From: Malacoraja senta
Taxonomy: Eukaryota
Length of the DNA: 64,000 nucleotides
Assembly: GCA_038087875.1 (NCBI GenBank)
Contig: CM075990.1
Location: forward strand, 9,548,001-9,612,000
Direction: 5' to 3'
The position numbers were made by a program, and so were the translations under genes. Every line of letters begins with the position of its first letter. Positions within the stretch are counted from its first letter, which is position 1. Shown piece by piece: positions 25,364-37,159 of this stretch. The notes under the pieces are model-generated. The model had not been told where the DNA came from. It worked only from the letters and a program-made list of their open reading frames with translations, and ran no database searches.

Positions 25364-25669
25364 GACACGGTGGCACAGCGGTCGAGTTACTGCCTTACAG
25401 CGTTGGCAGCGCCAGAGACCCTGGTTCGATCCCGACTACTGGTGCCATCTGTACAGAGTTCTCCCCGTGACCGTGTGGATTTACTTCGAGATCTTCGGTT
25501 TCCCCCCCACACTCCAACGACACAGGTAATTAGGTTAAATTGGCTTGGTACAAGTGTAAAATTGTCCCTAGCATATGTAGGATAGTGTTAATGTGCGGGG
25601 ATCATGGTCAGTGCAGAATTGGTGGGCCGAAGGGCCTGTTTCCGTGTTGTATCTCTAAACTAAACTAAA
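25364..25669 (+). mobile_element. tRNA-derived V-SINE (HE1-like) with CR1-type tail
   Basis: A box tggcacagcgg, B box ggttcgatccc, V-domain ttctccccgtgacc...ggtttccccccacactcc, tail gggcctgtttccgtgttgtatctctaaactaaac. Confidence 0.85.
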
Positions 25670-26015
25670 AGTGTGCTGAATGCTCGTTGTTTGGCATGAG
25701 CTGGATGATGAGATGTGTTACACACACAAATCTATGCACATTACAAGAAGAAGAACGTTACATCCTTGGTCCAACATAATGCTGCATATTTTCCATAAAA
25801 AACATGGTTATATTTTTACTCTGTATAATAAAGTTTCCAAAGCACCCATTTGTGCAACAACTTTCAGTTTTGCATTTCATAAAATCATGTTACCGTCTGT
25901 TCATATTTTGTAAATTGATGTTTGGCAAAGCTGAAGAAAGATCCTAACTCTTGTCTCAATGTATTTCAGTCTATCCTCTAATATATCGGCCTACGAGTTA
26001 TAAACCTCAACAAAC

Positions 26016-26154
26016 CTTTGCATCTGCTCGGGTACTGCAGGGCCGTTGTGTACATCTCCCTGCCCATACTGATTATATACTGGCTGCTGTGCAGTTGTTG
26101 AGGGAGGAATTGAGGTTGGGGGTTGAGCTGATCCTGGTACTGGCCTCAAAGGTC
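26016..26154 (-). CDS. SEC24C: SEC24C coding exon (PLRPVPGSAQPP...YNQYGQGDVHNGPAVPEQMQR)
   Basis: ttgtag| and |gtttg borders, 139 nt, phase 1 to 2. Confidence 0.88.
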
Positions 26155-26749
26155 CTACAAGAAACAATGACAGAATTTAAAATTATACAAAGAACAATAA
26201 ATGCATCTATTTAGTTCTGAGATTACATTATTTCAAAAATCAAGAGGTTTAACATTCCTTTCAAATTAGAAAAAATAGAAACTGCGTAAACTGATGAACA
26301 CTGGAAACCCTAGAATTTAATTTTTGAACAAGTATGGCTTGGTTCCAGATTCAACTAAACCAGGTATTTGTGAAGAATTGACAATTTTGGTATGCCTATC
26401 ATTTAAAACAAAAAAGCTTAAAATTAGTTACAATTTGGGTCAATTTATCCAGAGCTGTTTGTCTTTGCCTCAATAAACTAGAAAAATAACGGAATTTCTC
26501 GACAGAAAACAGGGGACATGAAGATGGCCTGAATCATTGGTCACGTGAAATACCACCACAAGATACTGGTGCATCCCCGAAAGTGCTTGTTGGACTGAAA
26601 GCTGTTGTCGGGAGAACTACACACAACAAAAGCACTTTAAAACAAGCACTTCCCAAATTGTGCTCTTATTAAAAAATGAAAGATGAACATTATGTAGAAA
26701 TTCTAACTTGAACTTAATTAAAAATTCTAACCCAACAGACTTAAAATTA

Positions 26750-27075
26750 AAAATGGTCACTTCCAATGCACCTTTTGCATCTTAAAACATAATTTCTGTC
26801 GGCATTATAGCTGGGTATGGCAGCTGCTGTACCCAAAACCGCAAGAAATTGCAGTTGTGGATACCGCCCAGTCTACTAGGCAAAACTAGTTTCTTCTCCC
26901 AATCTACATCATTACACCCTTGCACTTTAATTTAATCTGCATTTTTCTGTTGCTGTCACCCTATATTCTGCACTCTGTTTCATTTCGTTTTTGCACCAGA
27001 GATCGCACGACTTATGGAATGATTGGCCTGGATAACACACAAAACAAATACTATATCTCAATACATGGTATAACA
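26750..27075 (+). mobile_element. Rex1/Babar LINE fragment, decayed
   Basis: ggcattatagctgggtatggcagctgc...cgcaagaaattgcag resembles the ITAWYG.C...RKKLQ block of Rex1 RT. Confidence 0.5.
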
Positions 27076-28024
27076 GCTGTTTTAAACTTTTGAATCAGGT
27101 CTTGCAACCAATTCATTTTCATGGAAACTCTAAACCCAAGGGTAGGAAAAGAAAAACGACATATTTTTAAACTTGCTTTGCACGAGGACATAATTGTTAA
27201 AGTGCGTTTGCCAAATAATCTTTTCATTCTTCAAGATATAATCTTCTATTTTATTCATTATAGGAAATGCAGAACCCCGACTGCTGCAACAGACATCAAG
27301 GCTGAAGGTGTGATTTCGCCATAAGTTAATGTTTCCCTTGGAGAGTTGTGAGTAAATGTGTTCTTATCGGCAAGATTACTTTTCTGGCTTGAACACGGCA
27401 AAAATCACTGTGTAGTGGAGAGGATCTGACATTGCAAGACCAGCCCAGAAGGCAAGTGCAAATGCTGACTTATGGGCAACATACAAGTTGCCATGTGTTG
27501 TCACAAGTATGGAAAATTAAACTCAGTTAAAAAATTCCACAACTATAGCCCATTGAAATGCTCTCAACAAAGAGTTGATGGAAAGTTGCTTCATGTGATA
27601 AAGCAGGATGAAAATGTAATGGCATTACAGAAATAAAAACATTCTTCAGTTCTTGCATTAGAAGGCAAAACATCAAATCTTCATTGAACTTAATTAAAAA
27701 TGTAGCAATTAATAAAATGACTAACTAAAAATAATCTATCAGGGCTCAATTTTAATTCATAAATTTCTACAAAATGGGATTTTGCTACCAATACAAAGAT
27801 TTATGAAGAGCGAATTGAAGATGCAAAACCATTTAAAACACAATCTTGCTCTGTAAGGTAGAAATTGGTTACAGGTACTAAATAGTTATGGGATTGGGCA
27901 AAACGAGAAATTACTGCTCATCTTCAATTCTTCCTAAATCAAGTAGTTTTCATAGGGATATGTTAAGTGAAATTCTGTAATGACCTGCAGACTAAAGGGA
28001 AGACTAATGATCTGCAGACTAAAT

Positions 28025-28480
28025 GGCGGCACGGTGGCGCAGCGGTAGAGTTGCTGCCTTAATGTCACGGGGTGACGCCACGTGAGTAGTCGCCCAAAGA
28101 GTCGTACCTTTTTCTGGTCGCCGCTTGATTTTCAACACGTTGAAAAATTTCGGCCACCTGCTGAGACTATGACAGGTGCCAGCAAGTCGTTGTAAGTGGG
28201 ACAGGCATCTTTATAGTGCTTGCTGCGCCGGAGACACTGGTTCGATCCCGACTGTGGGTGCTGTCTGTACGGAGTTTGTCCTTTCTCCCCGTGTGTTTTC
28301 TCCGAGATCTTCGGTTTCCTCTCACACTCCAATGACGTACAGGTTTGCAGGTTAATTGGCTTGGTATAAGTGTAAATTGTCCCTAGTGTGTGTAGGAAAG
28401 TGTTAATTTACGGGGATCGCTGGTCGGTGTGGACTCAGTGGGCCGAAGGTCCTGTTTCCACGCTGTATCTCTAAACTAAA
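28025..28480 (+). mobile_element. V-SINE (HE1-like) interrupted by a MITE fragment
   Basis: Same family as 25364-25669; insertion at 28062-28210. Confidence 0.85.
28062..28210. mobile_element. Harbinger MITE fragment (one TIR only), nested at TTA
   Basis: Ends in aagtgggacaggc, the same TIR as 62197-62409; TTA at 28059-28061 and 28211-28213. Confidence 0.7.
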
Positions 28481-30179
28481 TAATGAAGATGACATTTCCA
28501 AGTTGAAGGATATTAGAAGGGTTTTTAAGCAACATTCTGTAAATTCGTGACAACTATTACTGACAGCAGGTCTTCTTTAATTGCAGATTTATACAATTAC
28601 CAATATTTAATTAATTGAAGGTTCCCGACCCAAAATATCACCTGTCCATTCCCCCCCACAGATGCTGCCTGACCAGCTGAGTTCCTCCGGCACATTGGGG
28701 TTTGATCAAGATTCCACCATCTACGATTCCATATCAACATCGTCCGGGACTTTGGATTCCAGCCTAGTGACCCAACATTATCCTACCAAACCAATGTGGA
28801 GGAAAGTACAACCAGAAGACACCCACATGTCCAAAGCTAATAAACAAATATGAATTTAATAGCCTTAGATTCTCACAATTCCTCCTCAAGAACGGAAGGG
28901 TGAAAGCAACAGAATAATAAAATGCTCTGCATGCACAGTTGTGGTATTAACGGTGCCTACAAAGTAAATAGTGTTGGCAATTTGAGATAGAGAAGTGCAC
29001 CACTGCAATCTTTCCATAATTACGGATGTTATTTCATAATTAGACTGTTCACTGCTTAAAAATCACATTTCTTCAGAAGCAATCCTTTCAAAATCTACCT
29101 TAATGAATCATTAACAAACGGATTGCTTTCCGCCAGACCACAGATAAAGTAATATAAAGCACCATTAAGAGCTCTCCCCTCTTAGTCTTCTATTCAATAT
29201 TAAGCTAAATTATTTTTTACTTGTACATGAAACTGCACTAGCAAAAACCATGTGATTAGATAGAGATTACACTTTGGCTAGAAAAGAAAATCTACATAGC
29301 GTAACCCATTTTATTTCCGATATTGAAGATACAAAGAACAGCTGCTGGAGATATTTAGGTACAATTTAAAACACTCCCAAAGAAATTAAGTGAGAACATT
29401 TGACAACCGAGGAATCGTGGATAAATGTCGAACAAGGAAAAGTGAAAAGCAACACGACTCAGTGTTTCAGAAACAAATTTTATTCGATAAGCATAAGCGA
29501 ACTGATAAAAATCAACCTGTGCTAATTTGCCCCCCATCACTCTTGAACATGGGTATATTTTACATCAATTTGCCAAACCCAAGGGGTGAGGAGTGTAGAA
29601 TGCCTGCCAGAATGGATAATTTTAGAGATGCATTTAAATTAGTAAAAATGCATTTGTCTGCAGTTTAATATGGTTTCTGCAAATAGCACCCGATTCCTTT
29701 CCAGGAACTCCTTTTTGTCAGTTTGGCACATTATCTTTAAGTTGAATTTCAAAATTCAGTATTTCATACTCAGTTTGCATCTTATCTTGACGGCAGTAAG
29801 CCAAACTTCAAATGAGTTCTTTCAACAACCTGAAACATGGCCCACATAGATTCTTTAAACAAATTTAAGTAAAATGCTGGTTTAAGCCTGCAAAAACTGA
29901 AACATATTTCGGCAAAGTTGCACAACTTGATAAAATATACGTTTTTCCAGAATGTCTTCAATCTGCCTGATGCTCAAATACTCACTGTGGATCAAGAATG
30001 CAGATGGAACAAATAAATCTTCAAAAGAATGTATTCATGACCGCACTTCATATTTGAAAGCAGTGAATATCAACATCTTAGAAATCCAACGAAAATGTTC
30101 AATATAAAATTACATAAAGAAAGGTTTTGCATCTGCTCAACATTGCATCAATTACGTTTTGTGCTATTTGATGACATAC

Positions 30180-30351
30180 CTTGCGGCACAGCGGTTTGTT
30201 GGTAGCCTTGGACGGGTCCGTTGTATGGTCCATATTGAGGGGGTGGGACACCGGTCATGTGCTGGTTGTCATAATCCAACTGCTGCTGGTGGTACCCTTG
30301 GTAGCCAGGCTGGGGCTGTCCATAAGATGCCATGTGACCTTGCTGATTCAT
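30180..30351 (-). CDS. SEC24C: SEC24C first coding exon (MNQQGHMASYGQPQPGYQGYHQ...AVPQ); exon begins at 30388
   Basis: ATG in aagATGa context, YGQPQPGYQGYHQ typical of the SEC24C N-terminus, AAG|gtatgt donor, tttcag| acceptor at 30389. Confidence 0.88.
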
Positions 30352-30627
30352 CTTTATTTCACAAAGTTCATCCCCAAACTGATGTTACCTGAAATTAGTA
30401 GAGAGAACATATATTCGGTCATATTCTTTCCATTCCATTGACTATTTTTCATTAAAGGAAATGTGCAAGTTCACCTTGCAAGGTTCCCAATTTTTGCATG
30501 GACAAATTAGTGCACCGTACTGATTGCACACAGGCTTTGGCAATGACTGTCCATGCAGTTTTAACCAGCAGCTTTACACCAATTCTAAACCGTGTATCAC
30601 AATGGCATTACCAGTTCCCCAGTAAGA

Positions 30628-30775
30628 CAGTCTGAAGAAGGATCTCGACTCGAAACGTCACCCATTCTTTCTCTCAAGTTCAAGTGAGTTTATTACAGGC
30701 CAGAGATGCTGCCTTTCCCGCTGAGTTACCCAAGCATTTTGTGTCTATCTTCGGTTTAAACCAGCATCTGCAGTT
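30628..30775 (+). mobile_element. Penelope pLTR with hammerhead core (30632-30659), interrupted by a short LINE-tail-like insert
   Basis: ctgaagaaggatctcgactcgaaacgtc; insert caagttcaagtgagtttattacaggc. Confidence 0.75.
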
Positions 30776-31512
30776 AGTTAGATAATGAGACGTTGAGTAG
30801 CAGCATGTTATTTAAAATGACAGAGAACTTCTGGAAATGGTATGTTATATAGCTGTATTGTATTATCTTTGTCAGTGAAATCACACTACAAAAGCAATAA
30901 CTCTGGAACAGCATTAAACAGCTTAAATGAACAGAGTACAAGATAAACTTTCAATCAGCTTGAAAGTATTTGAAAATCAAAACTGCAGGCATTAAAATTT
31001 AAAACAAAAACACAAAATTCGAGAAGTGCTCAGTGATTGGGGAAGAAAATCAATGCTTCAGAATGAAATACCTTCATCAGAATTGAAAATGAGACAAAGG
31101 AATATATCATGTATTTGTCAGTTCTAAATCCATCTGGATTTCTTCGTTGATCCACATTCAAGAGCACTTCCTTTGCTATCAGCGTACAGACTGCCCTACA
31201 ATTTTGTACGATGTGGACTTGCAACAGCTATCCAACAAGGAAGTAGAGAAAGCATTCAACTATGAACACAATGGTAACTTACCATTTTCTAATGGTATTG
31301 AAGAATCTTATTGCGGTTACAAGACAAAGCAATATATTCTGCATGATCATTACTCATATTTGATAACAAACAGATGTGGACTTTGGTAATTGTCTGCAAT
31401 CCTAGGATGTGTCAGTGGAAATGAGTAATTTGTCAACAAGCTGCAGAGGGAACAAGCATATAAACCTTTGGCTTGCATTACATCACATCCTGAGGTATTT
31501 AATACACTGATC

Positions 31513-32346
31513 TTCAAGATGGCGGATGTGCAGGAGTGGGCGCCGTTTGTATGGCCGCCTGCCTGCAGTCCGTCCTCTAACTTTTTTATTGTTTAAAACA
31601 TTTTGGAGTCTATTCTTTCTATGTGGGGGGGGGGGGGGGACTGTTTTAACCCCAGTCCTACCTTGGTTGGAGATGCGGTTTTCCTCCAAATCGCATCTCC
31701 GATCTCCCCATGCGGCCTTTCATCAGGCTGGAGCGGCGTTTCCTGCCGGGGGACCACAGCTTCGGCAGCACAGCGCTGGGACACCAACAAGGAGCGGGCG
31801 ATGCCTTGCCGGGTCACCGCTCCGGAGTGCTGTGGCCGCCGACCGCCAACATCGAGCAGCCGCGGTCTGCGGTTTGAGGGCATCCCGCCGCGGGCGGGCG
31901 GCGCTGGATTGGAAGCACCGCGGAGTCGAAGCTCCAACCGGCACGGCCTAAAGTCCACGGGCGTCGCAGTCTCCGGGGAAGGAGCGGCCGCTCCAGACAT
32001 TTCTAAGCTGCTGAGGATTTTTCCACCCGATGCGGGTGTGGCCTATAATCATCGGGCTGCCGTTGTGGCGACTGGCTGCAGTGGCCTCAAACTGGCCCCG
32101 ACCTCGAGTGGACTAGGAGGAGGAGGAGGACTGGACATTTTGGTGCCTTCCCTCACAGTGGAGAGTGTAGATTCTACTGTGGGGGGATGTTCGTGTTGAA
32201 TTTCTTATAGTGTGTTGTGTCATTTTTTTCTACCTCTTTTTATTATTTGTATGGATAGTCTTCCCTGTAAAGCACTTTGGCTTTTGATTGAAATCGACTG
32301 AAAAGTGCTATATAAATACATTTAAAAAAAATAAAAATAAATAAAA
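31513..32346 (+). mobile_element. GC-rich non-autonomous retroposon with L2-type 3' tail
   Basis: Begins aagatggcgg; ends tgtaaagcactttgg...gaaaagtgctatataaat plus A-rich tail; homologous to 49004-49723. Confidence 0.75.
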
Positions 32347-32640
32347 ACCTGAAACTGAATCATGCTGTACAACAGAACCAAAACTGAGTGGTAGTGAAAT
32401 GTTGGTGATTAGCTGATAATTCAACTTTTATCGCTGAACTGCTGCTTCAGCATTATTCTCATACAATAGTACCAAAATGTAAGAAAAGCCCAGATTATAT
32501 TTTGCAGAATATTCAGTAATCAGCCATGAGATGCTGAAAATAATTTGGTCGTATTTCCAAAATTAGGTTGCTTTCGGTATGGTTTGGTCTCATTTTGGCT
32601 GGATTGGAAGCACCGCGGAGTCGAAGCTCCAACCGGCACG

Positions 32641-33002
32641 ACAGATGGCGCAATGGGCTAAGTGTTCGGCTGGCAACCGGAAAGTAGCCGATTCGAATCC
32701 CGCTTGGAGTGCATACTGTCGTTGTGTCCTTGGGCAAGACACTTCACCCACCTTTGCCTGCGTGTGAATGTGTGTGAATGTGTGTGAATGTGTGTGAGTG
32801 ATTGGTGGTGGTCGGAGGGGCCGTAGGCGCAGATTAGCAGCCACGCTTCCGTCAGTCTGCCCCAGGGCAGCTGTGGCTACAGAAGTAGCTCACCACCACC
32901 GAGTGTGACTGAGGAGTGAATGAATAATGCGATGTAAAGCGCCTTGAGTATTAGAAAGGCGCTATATAAATCCCATCCATTATTATTATTATTATTATTA
33001 TT
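32641..33002 (+). mobile_element. Young tRNA-derived CORE/AFC-like SINE with L2 tail
   Basis: A box tggcgcaatgg, B box gattcgaatcc, core gtgtccttgggcaagacactt, tail tgtaaagcgccttgag...gaaaggcgctatataaat(ATT)n. Confidence 0.85.
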
Positions 33003-33879
33003 TTCTTAGACATTAAAAGACTTTGGCAATTCCATGCCATACAGCCTATGTTGCATGCAGTCCATGTTGGCACTTGTAAAGAAATGTGGATAATGAATGT
33101 ACTAGATGCTTGCACCAAACAAATGGAGATGTCAGAGTCGGCAAGACTAGAAGTGATAAGCAGAACAAGCCCACAAAGATTTGAAAGCAAACACAAAATT
33201 TAAAATCAAAGCTCTTTTTAAACTAAAGCTATTGTATACTGAGGTAATAGATAAGCCCAAGTATATGGAGAGCACGAGGCACCTGGATTTATTGGAAGCT
33301 ATCCAAAGCTCAATCATACACATGCTCAATATCTGCTCATTTGGACCTTTAAATGCAAGCTTACAGGCAATAACACAAGACAACCACTTGGCATCAAAGT
33401 ACTTCAGATTTAAGCAATCCCCATTAAAATTCTGTCAGAATTCTATCTTTCTCAAGTATTTCAACTTATCAGTGAACCACAGGCGACAAATGTGTCAAGT
33501 ACCCAGCAACAAGGTTCACACCCGGCAACCTTCTGTGTCACACGTTATAAATGTGGTCAGTGTACTGTTCCTTTACAGAGTACAACATTTACATATGTAG
33601 GTGAGCTGGGTACTGCGCCCCAACAACGTAAACATAACTGTTCTTGCAGAAGCAACTAGCCATTGATCTTAGAAATACAAAACCAAACTAGGCCATTAAG
33701 GGCAGTTCTGCCATTCAAAACTCACTATCTCAATACAATATTCCCACGCTGGCCATATATCACATTTCGCATCCTGCATAGAAATCTGATTGCATCTTTA
33801 ATATATTCTGCAATTCAAAGGTTTGTGGTAGAAAAGTCTAACATTTTATCTTCCACGCACACTTCCTGCCAAAACATGT

Positions 33880-34140
33880 CAGTTTTTAAATAAATAAATC
33901 CATATTCTTCTAAACTCTCATGAATAAGGACTGTCGATTTGACTTTATGCAATAATCCCAACATTCTGGGAATCTGCCAAGAACATTTTCTCTGCACTCT
34001 ATCTGTCCAAAAGACAGTGACCAAATTGCACACAATACTCCAATCCCATATAATACATTGAGCTCTGGTGAAGGCCAAGATGCCGTTTGCCTTAACGGCT
34101 TTAGTCACCTGCATGTTTGGTTACTCAATGTAGTAGGACA
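33880..34140 (-). mobile_element. Decayed CR1 fragment
   Basis: QVTKAVKANGILAF...DRVQRK...IPRMLGL remnant. Confidence 0.6.
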
Positions 34141-35420
34141 TCCAGCTGTTTAACAATCACTATTTAATACTCTATCCTTCTGGCTTTTCCCCATTAAGGT
34201 ACATAACTTCACATGTATCAATGTTGTGAAGCGCCTGTCATATTTTTGTCAAATCAGCTCATCTAGGAATTTGAGACCTGAAATAGCCCATTATTTTATG
34301 CAAGCAGGACCTAACAAAGTCTCATATTTGTCCCAGAGATATTAGTAAAGTGCATTATTCCTCTACTGTCAGCACAATAAAGGAAGAACATAACCTCAAA
34401 TCTGCATTTCCGCCCTCCCCCCTAACCCCTCCCCCCCCCCCGATAATCTTTTACCCCCTTGTTTATGAAGAATCTATTTCTAAATTTAAAATTTTCAAAG
34501 GATCTCCTTTGGCTTCCGTTTGAGGGAATTCAGTGCTTGGAGAAAGACGTCAACTCTGACTCAAATGAGCAACCTCTGTCTTTCAAACAGTGCAATGAGG
34601 GATAATTGTTTTCAGGGGAGGTTGTACTTAAAGTTGTAGTTTAAACACACTATTTGCGTTGATAGTGAACAGACTGGAATGATCCTAAAGCCAAACACTC
34701 AGTTCAGCAAAATGAGGGATTATTTGAATGTGTATGTTGAATATACTGGTAGGCAGGATGACCTGAACAGGAACCAATAACAGCATATCAAACCGCAGTG
34801 TTTATCCATGTGCATATGCTTCTTTAATTAAAAAAAACAAAGCCATGGTTCACAAGTTCTTGCAGTCTGCTTTATTTTTAACTACTACAACACTAATTGG
34901 ACAATTAATGTCAATGTCAGGGGCGGAGACAAAAATAACTGTGGAACTCAGTTTCAAAAATGTAGTATATGTAATACAATACCGAGCTTGACAATAAACA
35001 ATTCCCTTTGGTAGTTACAAGTATATATGTTAATCACTAAAATAAATTTGAAACATCTCCCAGCTAAAATGACAAAAAATCAATCTTAACAAAGTTGCTC
35101 CTGTGCATCAGCAACTTGAGGTTTTGACCCGAAACATCACCTATCCATGTTCTCCAAAGATGTTGCCTGACCTTCTGTGTTACTCCAGCACTTTGTGACA
35201 CATTGTTAACTGAGACTGAAGAAACCCATGCTCATGCCTTTTTATAATTAAAGCAAGTTTTTTTTATAAAGACAACTGAAGAACCTTACTAAGGATTTGC
35301 CCACGAGGAGCTTCAGCAAAGTATTCAGGCTCATGATAAGCAAAAGAATGTCAAACCAAGGTGCCCACTTGGTTGTCCCCATATATTGTGTTGCCCCCAT
35401 AAATTAACTCGCTAATCAAC

Positions 35421-36176
35421 AATGGTGGCCGACTAGGAAAAGGGGAGATGCAGCGAGACCTGGGTGTCATGGTATACCAGTCATTGAAAGTAGGCATGCA
35501 GGTGCAGCAGGCAGTGAAGAAAGCGAATGGTATGTTAGCTTTCATAGCAAAAGGATTTGAGTATAGGAGCAGGGAGGTTCTACTGCAGTTGTACAGGGTC
35601 TTGGTGAGACCACACCTGGAGTATTGCGTACAGTTTTGGTCTCCAAATCTGAGGAAGGACATTATTGCCATAGAGGGAGTGCAGAGAAGGTTCACCAGAC
35701 TGATTCCTGGGATGTCAGGACTGTCTTATGAAGAAAGACTGGATAGACTTGGTTTATACTCTCTAGAATTTAGGAGATTGAGAGGGGATCTTATAGAAAC
35801 GTACAAAATTCTTAAGGGGTTGGACAGGCTAGATGCAGGAAGATTGCTCCCGATGTTGGGGAAGTCCAGGACAAGGGGTCACAGCTTAAGGGGGGAATCC
35901 TTTAAAACCGAGATGAGAAGAACTTTTTTCACACAGAGAGTGGTGAATCTCTGGAACTCTCTGCCACAGAGGGTAGTTGAGGCCAGTTCATTGGCTATAT
36001 TTAAGAGGGAGTTAGATGTGGCCCTTGTGGCTAAAGGGATCAGAGGGTATGGAGAGAAGGCAGGTACGGGATACTGAGTTGGATGATCAGCCATGATCAT
36101 ATTGAATGGCGGTGCAGGCTCGAAGGGCCGAATGGCCTACTCCTGCACCTAATTTCTATGTTTCTATGTTGCTATG
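35421..36176 (+). mobile_element. Young 5'-truncated CR1 (HER1-like) LINE: RT C-terminus plus 3' UTR
   Basis: 209-aa ORF QRDLGV...LVRPHLEYCVQFWSP...RLRGDLIETYKI...FFTQRVVNLWNSLP; tail gggccgaatggcctactcctgc...(ttctatgt)n. Confidence 0.95.
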
Positions 36177-37159
36177 TGGACATTTTTTAACCCAATTTTA
36201 AATCTTAATTTTTCAGAGAATATTATCACATTCTGAACGAAATATTTAATTCAAATGTCAAGTTCACTGAAACACTGAGAAAATCATCCGTCCCCCACTA
36301 TTCTGTTCAATTCTGATCCTGACATTTTTTCTCATCTCCATTATTTTGCATCCCATAAACACTCTCTAAAGAGAAGATGGATTTCTCAGCTATGCAAGAT
36401 AAAGAAACAGCAATACTAATACACTTGGAGCCCTTTTTTTTTTTTCAAACAATAGAGCCAAGTGTAGTTATTGCAGCATTTCATAATCAAATTCAACCAC
36501 TTACCAAAATGCTGGATTGCCAAAGAGGTATGACTAACAGGAAAGAAAAGGAAGCTATTCAGAAACTTGATAAGCTGACTATTATGCTAAGATATTTATT
36601 TATCATAGCTTGAAAAGCAACAGAAATAGGATCCATTCTTAAATAACCAAATATTACAGACAAATGTTAGTGGGAGGAAATTTCAAATATCAGTTGTCAT
36701 TAAAAAACTTTCTGAATTTCCTCCGAAGTGGCTGAGCTCCAACTTTTAACTATTGTCACTTTAAAAATTCCCCAGCATAAATGGCTAACATGTGCCCACT
36801 GTAATTAATCTTTTTAACATGTTAAACTCAAAGATACAAGAACACAAATTTGTGCGAGATATTTATAAAATAATACATACCTCATTTCTATTATAATTGT
36901 GTCACGTCAAATACAGGGAGGGACAGAAGGAAGGCCCAAAATCACATTATATAGAAACAGCAGGTAGAGGAAAGTGCCTTAATGGGGAAACAAAGTCAGA
37001 AAGTGCAAATAAAATACTTCAGAATAACAAAGCACGAGTCGATCAATCATCAGAATCTATGCCTAGTTCTAAACATCATCCACTCAGAATGTATTTGATA
37101 ATCCTCCTCAAAATCATATGGCTCATTAAGATTATCTTCCATTCTTCAAAACTTCAATA

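Noticed and set aside
31526-32199. Overlapping ORFs of 135-198 aa
   Set aside because: Expected from stop-poor GC-rich repeat DNA; no domain similarity and not preserved in the homologous copy at 49004-49723.
32641-32710. tRNA gene
   Set aside because: The A/B boxes are a SINE head running into a core and L2 tail; the same applies at 25364, 28025 and 51258.
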